From: a virus
DNA length: 50,683 nucleotides
Reading direction: 5' to 3' (one strand)
IMG/VR virus record: IMGVR_UViG_3300047160_007712
Coordinates: 1-50,683 of that record
Numbering within the stretch: the first letter of the stretch is position 1; each line of letters opens with the position of its first letter. The position numbers were made by a program, and so were the translations under genes. Of the stretch, positions 1 to 6,663 are shown one piece after another. The notes beneath the pieces are model-generated. The model was not told where the DNA came from. It ran no database searches and worked only from the letters and a program-made list of their open reading frames with translations.

Positions 1-97
1 TGGTGGAGTATTGGACGAGGGTAGCAATGCCGTTGGTGGGCGCGGTGCCAGCGGCGATGGTTGAGTCGATGGTTGCGCCCGCGTTGCCAACAATGCG
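1..97. repeat. Terminal overlap. Bases 1-97 are identical to 50587-50683, which is either a circular-assembly signature or a direct terminal repeat.
   Basis: Read directly. The string tggtggagtattggacgagg...gcgttgccaacaatgcg occurs at both window ends. Confidence 0.95.
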
Positions 98-2695
98 TGA
101 GGTCCAGTTGCCGGATTGGGAAACAGCGGGAGTGTTGGTGATGAAGGCGTTGACACCGTTGACGGCGACGGCGCCAGGGGAGGTGCCGTAGTTGCTTGGT
201 GAGCCAAGAGCGACGCCATTCCAGCTGGCGTTGTTAACGGCAACGGTGGCGGCAATGGAGACGGGTTGGGTGACGGCCGAACCATCAACGCGCATGGCTC
301 CGGCGGTGGTTAGGGAGAGGGGCGATGTCTGGGCGGTTGTGTAGGTTGGGGCGGCGGTGGTGACGGCGGCAAGGGCTAGATAGCCTGTTTGGCCGGATGT
401 GGTTGAGCCTTGGGCGGCGGCAGTTGGTTGGTTCGCGGACGTGGCGGCACCAGTCGGGAGGGAAACGGTGCCGGAAATGTTGTTGATGTTATTGGTCGAG
501 CCGGTCAGTTGGGTGGAGAATGTGCCAGTGCCAACGACCGTGGCGTTCAGGTTGGCTGCGGTTGCTTGGGAAACCGGTTGGGTGACGGAGGAGCCGTCAA
601 CGCGGAGGTTCCCGACGGTGGTTAGGGAGAGTGGATAGGAGTTGCCGGTGGTGTCGGTCGGGGCAGAGGTGGTTGCAGCGCCAAAGGCTAGGCCGCCGGT
701 CAGGCCAGAGGTTGCGCCGCCTTGAGAGACGTTGGAGGGCTGGTTGGCAGATGTTGCCGCACCGGTTGGGAGAGAGACCGTGCCGGAGATGTTGTTGATG
801 TTGTTTGTTGCGCCGGTTAGTTGGACGGCGAGGGTACCAGTGCCGACGATGGTGGCGTTGAGGTTCGCGGCGGTGGATTGGGAGACCTGAACCGGTGTCA
901 TCGAGGCGATGCCCTGGACGGTGAGGACGCCGGTTGCTGCGGTGCCAGCGGTGCCAGAGCCAGAGGCAACGAGGGGGTTCGAAGATGTGGCGATTTCGGT
1001 GCCTGAAGCGTTGCGGAGGTTAGTGAACAGCGCGCGATTGGCAGTGACTTGCAGGGTACCCCACTGGCCGGTGGTGAGGGCATTGTTGGTTGCGGTGGTT
1101 TGGTAGAAGCCGCCGGAGGGAGCAAAGACTGATGAGCCGGCGGTGAATGTGGCTTCGTCAGTTCCGGATGCACCGGAGCCCGAGCAATTGGCGCAGGTCA
1201 TGTTGAGGTTTGCAGCGGTAGCCTGGGCGACGGTGACAGAGTTGGTGACGAAGGCATTGACGCCAGGGACGGAGACAGCACCGGGCGACGTGCCGTAGTT
1301 GCTGGGCGAGCCTAGGGCAACGCTGTTCCAGCTGGCGATGTTGTCGGAGGTTGAGACGGCGGTGGAGTTCGAGCCAGTGTTGGCGAGGGAGACTTGGACG
1401 GGGGTGGAGGAAGTGCCGATCTCGGTGCCGGATGCGTTGCGGAGGTTGACGAACGCGGCGCGATTGGCGGTGAGTTGGAGAGTTCCCCATTGGCCATTGG
1501 TTAGGGCGTTGGATGTGGCGGTTGTTTGAAAGAAGCCACCAGATGGGGCGAAGATGGAGGAACCGGCGGTGAAGGTGCCTTCGTCTGTGCCAGATGCGCC
1601 GGAGCCAGAACAGTTGGCACAGGTGATGTTGAGATTCGCCGCGGTTGGTTGCTGGACTGTGACAGCGCCGGAGATTGAGACTGGTTGGGTGACGCCGGAG
1701 CCATCGACGCGAAGGCCCCCAGTGGTGGTGAGGGAAAGGGGCGACGATTGGCCGGTGGTGTAGAGTGGGCCGCCAGTGGTGACGGCGCCGAGGGAGAGGG
1801 TGCCGGTCTGGCCAGAGGTTGTTGAGCCCTGAGCGGCCGCGGTGGCTTGGTTGGCGGATGTGGCGGCGCCGGTGGGAAGCGAGACCGTACCGGAGATGTT
1901 GGTGAGGTTCCAAGTGCCGGACTGGGCGGCTTGGGTGGCGAATGTGCCTGTGCCGACGACGGTTGCGTTGAGATTGGCGGCGGTCGGTTGAGTGACGGTC
2001 GATTGGGTGACGAAGGTGCCGGTCCCGACAACGGTGGCGTTTAGGTTGGCGGCTGTGCCTTGGGAGACGGGTTGGGTGGTGGCGGAACCATCGACCCGAA
2101 GCCCGCCGGAGGTGTTGAGGGATAGTGGCCAAACGTCGCCGGTGGTTGTGGTGGGGGCGGAAGTTGAGGCCGCGGCGAGGGCGAGAGTGCCGGTTGTGCC
2201 GGCGGTTGCTTGGCCTTGGGTCGCATTGGAGGGCTGGAGGGCGGAGGTAGCAGCGCCGGAAGGGAGGGGGAGACTGGCGGCTGAGATTGGTTGGGTGGTT
2301 TGCCAGAAGGTGCCTGAGACGGGTTGGGTTGCTTGCCAGAAGGTTCCGGTGACGGGGAAGGTGCCGCCGGTGCCGGTGACAAGCCAGGCGGTGGTGTTGG
2401 CGGTGTTGCCGGGCTGAACGGTCCAAGTGCCGGATTGGGTCGCGGCGAAGGTGGTGTTGGCGATCGATCCGCCGGCGATGTTGATGTTGAGGCCCGAATT
2501 GCCGGCGTTGACGGTGGCGGAAGTTGTGCCGTCGTAGATTTGGACCAGCGGCCAGCACGGGGCGGTGCCAGTGACGCAGTTGAAGTTGAACGGCGTGCCG
2601 GAGCCGGGGACGGTGACGTTGAGTTGGGTGGTCGTGGCTAGGGCTGGCGCGGCGAGGAGCGCTAGGGCTAGGGCGGCTGTGAGGCGGCGGATCAC
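1..2695 (-). CDS. N-terminal 898 codons of a 1224-aa repeat-rich, signal-peptide-bearing fibre/adhesin-like protein. The ORF continues across the circular junction into 50586..49607.
   Basis: Absent from the ORF track because it runs off the window edge. My own minus-strand translation starts at GTG 2695, which overlaps the TGA of ORF 2692-2874 (GTGA). It is stop-free to base 1: (M)IRRLTAALALALLAAPALATTTQLNVTVPGSG...AANLNATVVGTGTF...ISGTVSLPTGAATSANQ...CANCSGSGASGTDE. The two other minus frames hold only R/P/H-rich shadow ORFs. Confidence 0.8.
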   Translation of the reverse strand, partial: MIRRLTAALALALLAAPALATTTQLNVTVPGSGTPFNFNCVTGTAPCWPLVQIYDGTTSATVNAGNSGLNINIAGGSIANTTFAATQSGTWTVQPGNTANTTAWLVTGTGGTFPVTGTFWQATQPVSGTFWQTTQPISAASLPLPSGAATSALQPSNATQGQATAGTTGTLALAAASTSAPTTTTGDVWPLSLNTSGGLRVDGSATTQPVSQGTAANLNATVVGTGTFVTQSTVTQPTAANLNATVVGTGTFATQAAQSGTWNLTNISGTVSLPTGAATSANQATAAAQGSTTSGQTGTLSLGAVTTGGPLYTTGQSSPLSLTTTGGLRVDGSGVTQPVSISGAVTVQQPTAANLNITCANCSGSGASGTDEGTFTAGSSIFAPSGGFFQTTATSNALTNGQWGTLQLTANRAAFVNLRNASGTEIGTSSTPVQVSLANTGSNSTAVSTSDNIASWNSVALGSPSNYGTSPGAVSVPGVNAFVTNSVTVAQATAANLNMTCANCSGSGASGTDEATFTAGSSVFAPSGGFYQTTATNNALTTGQWGTLQVTANRALFTNLRNASGTEIATSSNPLVASGSGTAGTAATGVLTVQGIASMTPVQVSQSTAANLNATIVGTGTLAVQLTGATNNINNISGTVSLPTGAATSANQPSNVSQGGATSGLTGGLAFGAATTSAPTDTTGNSYPLSLTTVGNLRVDGSSVTQPVSQATAANLNATVVGTGTFSTQLTGSTNNINNISGTVSLPTGAATSANQPTAAAQGSTTSGQTGYLALAAVTTAAPTYTTAQTSPLSLTTAGAMRVDGSAVTQPVSIAATVAVNNASWNGVALGSPSNYGTSPGAVAVNGVNAFITNTPAVSQSGNWTSRIVGNAGATIDSTIAAGTAPTNGIATLVQYST

Positions 2696-2874
2696 TCAAA
2701 CTCCACAGAGTTTGTCGTCGCGCAGAGGATGGTGGTGAGGGTGGTGACGGAGGAACAAGCGGGCGGGGCAGGTGTGCCGCCGCCGGACTGGGCATCAGTG
2801 ACGCCGTGAAGGGTTTGGGCGTCGGCGGCAAGGGCGAAGAACATGGCCATGACTAGCCAAAGCCAACGGTTCAT
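2692..2874 (-). CDS. Small secreted protein (60 aa), function unknown
   Basis: ATG at 2874 overlaps the upstream stop (ATGA). N-terminus is MNRWLWLVMAMFFALAADA/QT: positive n-region, hydrophobic core and an AxA site. I trimmed this from the track ORF 2692-2979. Confidence 0.6.
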   Translation of the reverse strand: MNRWLWLVMAMFFALAADAQTLHGVTDAQSGGGTPAPPACSSVTTLTTILCATTNSVEFE

Positions 2875-3362
2875 TGGGAAATTTGCCAACCCCACATGGT
2901 GACTGAGGCGGTTGTGCCAGCGCCGCCAGCTGGGACGGTTAGGGTGATGGCGGTGTTGGGGTTGGTCGCGCCGACGCATTGCGGGAATGCAACGCCGAGA
3001 ATGCCTTGGCCGGAAGAAACAAAAGTGTAGGTGAAGTACATTGTGCCGCCGACCACGCCGGTGATGGTGGGCTGGACGACGGCCGCGGTGGTTGTGCCGC
3101 CGGAAGAGATGACGAAGCCGCAGATGTAGTTGACCTCGCCGGGGGCAGCACTGAAGGCGGCGGAAAGTGTGCCGGTTGTGCCGAAGGATGACGCGGTGAT
3201 GTTCGCGCCCACACCGCCGGAGGGAGTGATGCCTTGGGCGACAGCGGGGCGAGAAAGAAGGCCCAGGGCCATCAAGATGATGAAGCCCAATGACATCATC
3301 GAGACCCTGGGCCCTACGCCAGGAGGAATAGGACGGGAGGAAATCCCCGCTGGCGATCTCAT
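2871..3362 (-). CDS. Secreted beta-rich protein (163 aa, or about 142 aa from the internal MMS start), function unknown
   Basis: Track ORF. ATG 3362 overlaps the upstream TGA (ATGA). Contains MMSLGFIILMALGLLSRPAVA/QG, a signal-peptide-like segment. The rest is G/T/S/A-rich. Confidence 0.65.
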   Translation of the reverse strand: MRSPAGISSRPIPPGVGPRVSMMSLGFIILMALGLLSRPAVAQGITPSGGVGANITASSFGTTGTLSAAFSAAPGEVNYICGFVISSGGTTTAAVVQPTITGVVGGTMYFTYTFVSSGQGILGVAFPQCVGATNPNTAITLTVPAGGAGTTASVTMWGWQISQ

Positions 3363-3901
3363 TCTGCTGTTACCTTTCGAGCTCGGGCCATGGCGGCTTC
3401 GAGGCGGTCGGCCATGCCAATGTTGACGTTGAGGTCTTTGGTTTGCTTTCTTGAAAGGCCGACACGGTCATGGGCGTCGGCCTGAATGGCGAGGAGGTTG
3501 GAAAGTGGGAGTGGGAGGTCCTCGTCGTCGAGGATGTCGTCGATGCGTCGGCCGGCCTTAACTGCACGGGCTTGATAGGCGGCGGTCTCACGGGCGAGGA
3601 AATCGGATTCCTCGTTGAATGCCAGGGCGCGATAGTGGGCTTGGAGCTCGATGTTGGCTGGATCGCGTTTGAGCAGGCCAATCATCGCGAGCGAGAAGCC
3701 GGTCATCTGGGCGACTTCATAGTCTTTGTAAAGGCCTGAAGCGAGAAGTCGGGCGACGCGATGATGCGAGTCCTTGAGCTTTTGAAAAGGCTGTTGGACC
3801 GCCCGTTCGCGCAGATGTGACAAGTCCGCCTCGGTCAGCGGGCGGACTGAGAGAATCGTCGCTGTGCCGGGCTTGCGGTGGGCTAGGCGAGACGGCGGCA
3901 T
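3359..3901 (-). CDS. HTH DNA-binding protein, possibly the terminase small subunit (180 aa)
   Basis: Start trimmed to ATG 3901, which has GGAG 11 nt upstream. The segment HHRVARLLASGLYKDYEVAQMTGFSLAMIGLLKRDPANIELQ has the layout of TerS N-terminal HTH domains. This is pattern-level only. Confidence 0.45.
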   Translation of the reverse strand: MPPSRLAHRKPGTATILSVRPLTEADLSHLRERAVQQPFQKLKDSHHRVARLLASGLYKDYEVAQMTGFSLAMIGLLKRDPANIELQAHYRALAFNEESDFLARETAAYQARAVKAGRRIDDILDDEDLPLPLSNLLAIQADAHDRVGLSRKQTKDLNVNIGMADRLEAAMARARKVTAE

Positions 3902-4053
3902 GTGAATATGAACTCCGGAGGTTTGGGCTCGGGCGGCGGCTGGGGCGAGCGGTGGATTAGATCGAACACAATTCGCGCCGGAATATCCCGTTCGCGCAGC
4001 CAAAACACCGTCGCCGGCCGCAACAAATCGCCCTTCCGAATATACTTCCTCAT
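3883..4053 (-). CDS. Small basic protein (56 aa), possible DNA-binding regulator on a near-leaderless mRNA
   Basis: ATG 4053 begins MRKYIRKGDLLRPATVFWLRERDIPARIVFDLI. It lies about 11 nt downstream of the -10 of the candidate promoter at 4064-4092. It overlaps the next ORF by 19 nt. Confidence 0.4.
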   Translation of the reverse strand: MRKYIRKGDLLRPATVFWLRERDIPARIVFDLIHRSPQPPPEPKPPEFIFTCRRLA

Positions 4054-4063
4054 CTTGCCCTTC

Positions 4064-4092
4064 ACTATGGCATGCTCCCCATTCTATGTCAA
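4064..4092 (-). promoter_or_regulatory. Candidate sigma70 promoter (minus strand): TTGACA-17 nt-CATAGT
   Basis: Plus-strand tgtcaa at 4087-4092 is a perfect -35 on the minus strand. Plus-strand actatg at 4064-4069 gives CATAGT (4/6 match). The spacer is exactly 17 nt. Confidence 0.4.
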
Positions 4093-4167
4093 GAACTATT
4101 TACTGAGATCTACTGTACACTAAACCAAAATTTGTAATATTTGCTGGGGGGGTGTCTGGGCGCGACG

Positions 4168-4217
4168 AAAAGCCAAAATTTTGGCCCCGGGGGTGGCGTC
4201 TGACCATCCCCGGGGCC
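4168..4217 (-). terminator. Rho-independent terminator candidate after ORF 4235-4570
   Basis: Perfect 10-bp GC stem, GGCCCCGGGG (4183-4192) paired with CCCCGGGGCC (4208-4217), and a 15-nt loop. On the minus strand it is followed by AAAATTTTGGCTTTTC. Confidence 0.55.
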
Positions 4218-4234
4218 AATGGTGAGAGCCTAGG

Positions 4235-4570
4235 TCACTTGGCCTTCGACGCAGCGTTGACGCGAGCGACCAGCTGGGCAAGGCCAGCGGAGGGCGCGGC
4301 GACCGGGGCGAGAGCGGCGGCTAGGCCACGCTTGTAGCTGAAAACCAAGCGAAGGTGAGGTTCGGGCTCTAGCATGGCAGTCATCGCGCCTTCGAAGGCG
4401 GATCGCGCCTTGCCAATGGCGTAGTACAGGGCCTGAACATCATCGGGAAGTTCGGTCGGGTCGATGTTGTCCCACACGAGCGTTGGCTTGGCGGAGGGTG
4501 CAGGGGCTGGCGCGACGGTGCCTTGCTTGGCCTTGGCAGCGGCGAGCATGGTGGTGATGTTGCTGGTCAC
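4235..4570 (-). CDS. Hypothetical protein (111 aa), first ORF of the leftward arm
   Basis: Track ORF with a GTG start at 4570. AGAGGA lies 8 nt upstream. Confidence 0.6.
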   Translation of the reverse strand: MTSNITTMLAAAKAKQGTVAPAPAPSAKPTLVWDNIDPTELPDDVQALYYAIGKARSAFEGAMTAMLEPEPHLRLVFSYKRGLAAALAPVAAPSAGLAQLVARVNAASKAK

Positions 4571-4698
4571 GGGCTTAGTCCTCTCGTGGCGTGATTGCCA
4601 CGGTCAACAGCCTCCCACACCATTGTGGCGAAAGTATGACAAGTTGAGAAAATAAATTTGTTCCCCAAATGTTCTCATTCCGTTCTCCACCTGTTCTG

Positions 4699-4742
4699 GA
4701 TATCCTTGAGATATCCCAGAGATATCCTATGGATATCCTATA
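4699..4742. repeat. Left iteron array: four GATATCC repeats at an exact 11-bp period
   Basis: GATATCC starts at 4699, 4710, 4721 and 4732. A degenerate GATTAAT follows at 4743, then GATTAATGGAT. Confidence 0.9.
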
Positions 4743-4803
4743 GATTAATGGATTAACAAAAAGTGACCCACATTCTGCAAGCCTGCAAATTCCAGCGCAA
4801 ATT

Positions 4804-4854
<51 letters not shown>

Positions 4855-4866
4855 TACATATACCAC

Positions 4867-4887
4867 CCCTCCCCCCCCCAGGGAGGG
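4867..4887. other. C-rich hairpin next to the A tract
   Basis: CCCTCCC (4867-4873) pairs with GGGAGGG (4881-4887) around a 7-nt C-rich loop. TCAATTTTC follows on the plus strand. Confidence 0.5.
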
Positions 4888-4915
4888 TCAATTTTCAAAC
4901 ATCCATTAATCCATA

Positions 4916-4959
4916 GGATATCTCTAGGATATCTCTAGGATATCTATAGGATATCCATT
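4916..4959. repeat. Right iteron array: four GGATATC repeats at an exact 11-bp period, inverted relative to the left array
   Basis: GGATATC starts at 4916, 4927, 4938 and 4949. A ninth copy sits at 4995-5001, just upstream of the early promoter. ATCCATTAAT (4901-4910) is the inverted partner of ATTAATGGAT (4744-4753). Confidence 0.9.
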
Positions 4960-4962
4960 AAA

Positions 4963-4974
4963 TCCATTAATGGA
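4963..4974. promoter_or_regulatory. Perfect 12-bp palindrome TCCATTAATGGA (operator candidate)
   Basis: The sequence is its own reverse complement and lies 42 bp upstream of the -35 at 5016. The same half-sites recur at 6468-6479 and 6490-6501. Confidence 0.4.
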
Positions 4975-5015
4975 GGACGGGCGATAACATCATGGGATAT
5001 CGGGGGAAATCATCC

Positions 5016-5044
5016 TTGACAACGGGGGCGATTTGTGGTATAAT
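5016..5044 (+). promoter_or_regulatory. Early promoter, perfect sigma70 consensus with extended -10
   Basis: TTGACA (5016-5021), a 17-nt spacer ending in TGG, and TATAAT (5039-5044). It sits 62 nt upstream of the first plus-strand ORF. Confidence 0.75.
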
Positions 5045-5106
5045 GGGCGCGGTTTGGTGAGAAATTCACTGACCATAGATCGCGATCTTAGCAAAGGACC
5101 ATTGTC

Positions 5107-5565
5107 ATGGCAGCTATACCTATCCAAATCGACGGCGTGTTGTGGGATCAAGCGGATAAATCAGGGCGGAAGGTCACGCTCATTGGGCAAGCATCCATCA
5201 TTGGCTTGACCATTGGCGGAGGGCCGATCATTCCGCCCGATGTATCGCCGCCTGAACTCCCACCGGGATCACCATCACATCCTATCTACACTCCACCTGG
5301 TTCTCCATCCCACCCAATCGCGGGCGTTCCACCAATCGGCCCTTCACATCCGATCGTAATCCCCCCAGACATCCCGCCTGAACTAACTCCACCAACCCCA
5401 CCAAATCCCGGCGATCCCACAGTCCCTGTTCCTCCGCCTCCGGGATCATCTGGTTGGCCGACAGCATCCATTGTCCCTCCGCCGTTTATCGTTGTCAACT
5501 ATCCCGGCATTGGGCCAGTGGTTGTAGCGCCGCCAGCACATAGCGCGCCAAAGCCCCCAGCATAA
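5107..5565 (+). CDS. Proline-rich early protein (152 aa) with PSHPI repeats, function unknown
   Basis: Track ORF with AAAGGAC 8 nt upstream of the ATG. Contains PGSPSHPIYTPPGSPSHPIAGVPPIGPSHPIVIPP. Confidence 0.65.
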   Translation: MAAIPIQIDGVLWDQADKSGRKVTLIGQASIIGLTIGGGPIIPPDVSPPELPPGSPSHPIYTPPGSPSHPIAGVPPIGPSHPIVIPPDIPPELTPPTPPNPGDPTVPVPPPPGSSGWPTASIVPPPFIVVNYPGIGPVVVAPPAHSAPKPPA

Positions 5566-5583
5566 AGCACGGACATAACCCTC

Positions 5584-5615
5584 GGCAATGGGCGAGCAAT
5601 TGCCTGCCCATTGCC
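5584..5615 (+). terminator. Stem-loop after the first early ORF (attenuator/terminator candidate)
   Basis: Perfect 10-bp stem, GGCAATGGGC (5584-5593) paired with GCCCATTGCC (5606-5615). ATTATTC follows, which is a weak U tract. Confidence 0.35.
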
Positions 5616-5771
5616 ATTATTCAAACTCAACTTCAACCTCAACTTCCCCGCGCGAATGCAAATTCCATGCCAGCCGGCCGCCTTAATTCCGCCACAATTT
5701 TGTTTCAAACTGGTCAAATCGTCGGCAAATTCGCCGAGGATAGATCAAGCCCAAAGGACTGGAAACGCCCA

Positions 5772-5996
5772 ATGACCCCTGAACTCGCCGCCTACTGGTC
5801 CAAACCCCGCTGGACAATCATCGCATCCAGCGACAACCACACAATCCACGAACACCGCACACCAGCTAGCGTCATCTGGTCATGCTCTTGCGGCTGGAAG
5901 ACACGCCAATCGCGACATCAACCCGTCTCCGCTCGATCCGTAAAGCTTAGAACCGCACTTGCCAAACATCATCTTTCCATCATGCAGAGGGCCTAA
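5772..5996 (+). CDS. Hypothetical protein (74 aa)
   Basis: Start trimmed from the track ORF 5667-5996 to ATG 5772, downstream of AAAGGAC. Begins MTPELAAYWSKPRWTII and contains SCSCGW. Confidence 0.5.
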   Translation: MTPELAAYWSKPRWTIIASSDNHTIHEHRTPASVIWSCSCGWKTRQSRHQPVSARSVKLRTALAKHHLSIMQRA

Positions 5997-6197
5997 ACAA
6001 TGTGCTTCATCGAATACAACTGGCCCAAGACAACATCACCCTAACCCTGACCAATCGTCGTGTCTACAAACTGCTTCCCCTAGGCGAGTAATCCAGTCCT
6101 CCCCGCCTAGTGGCTCTGGCAACGGGAGGGCTAGTGCAACCTCTCCCTCCCTGTTGTTAGCCCAAATTCAAATTCAACTTCAAAGGACCCAAGCCCG

Positions 6198-6464
6198 ATG
6201 ACCTTCACTCCCCTTGGCGATGTCGCCAACACCATTCGTGACAATCTTAAGCAACAACCAAAGGGCGAACCGATCAGAGAGTTGGTTCATCTGCGAATCT
6301 CACTAGCCCGTATAGCTCAGGCGACTAATCTCGAGGAGAAAATCCCCGGCATCGGTAATTTGCGAGAAGTTCCGTTCACGACGCTTGACTACTTGGCTCG
6401 AACGGAGGCCAGAGGGTGGAATGCCCTCGCCGCAGCAATTGTGGATCGAATGACGCTCCGCTAA
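6198..6464 (+). CDS. Hypothetical protein (88 aa)
   Basis: Track ORF with AAAGGAC 9 nt upstream of the ATG. Confidence 0.6.
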   Translation: MTFTPLGDVANTIRDNLKQQPKGEPIRELVHLRISLARIAQATNLEEKIPGIGNLREVPFTTLDYLARTEARGWNALAAAIVDRMTLR

Positions 6465-6467
6465 GTC

Positions 6468-6501
6468 TCCATCAATGGAGGGCGTGCTCTCCATCTATGG
6501 G
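6468..6501. promoter_or_regulatory. Two operator-like palindromes 22 bp apart
   Basis: TCCATCAATGGA at 6468-6479 and TCCATCTATGGG at 6490-6501. They lie in the 200-bp gap before ORF 6664. Confidence 0.4.
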
Positions 6502-6663
6502 AACTTAACCTTCCCAACCATTCCAACACAAAGTGCCTCAGCAAGGTAGACCAAAGCCAAATGCTAGCTCGGCGAGTAGTCCGTGACCCCAAGTGTTGCA
6601 AGTTGGAAGTCCAAGGGTGAGTAGCAATCCCGCTCTTGCCCAAACCTAAAGAGGATTGCATTA

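Noticed and set aside
1-2700. Diversity-generating retroelement (TR/VR pair), considered because the capsid genes look BPP-1-like
   Set aside because: No reverse transcriptase ORF (no YxDD-type motif seen in any sizeable ORF). The repeats are in-frame tandem modules of one gene, not a template/variable pair with adenine-specific differences.
1158-2831. A 557-aa minus-strand ORF, together with several plus- and minus-strand ORFs over 1-2700 (3-191, 399-638, 898-1173, 1501-2031, 1992-2417, 2041-2382)
   Set aside because: Their R/P/H-rich or otherwise biased composition is typical of off-frame shadows in GC-rich DNA. The third minus frame is completely open and encodes a coherent repeat protein with translational coupling to the upstream gene.
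5959-6201. An 80-aa ORF, and a possible 29-aa GTG ORF (6002-6091), in the gap after ORF 5772-5996
   Set aside because: Low-complexity sequence or too short. No RBS. The region is better explained by the hairpin plus TTCAA-repeat leader.
6465-6663. tRNA or small RNA in this 200-bp gap, and in the gap at 7375-7695
   Set aside because: No acceptor-stem pairing and no GTTCRA T-loop. The GGGAA...TTCCC hairpin loop lacks a purine at position 37. I have no positive evidence for a structured RNA.
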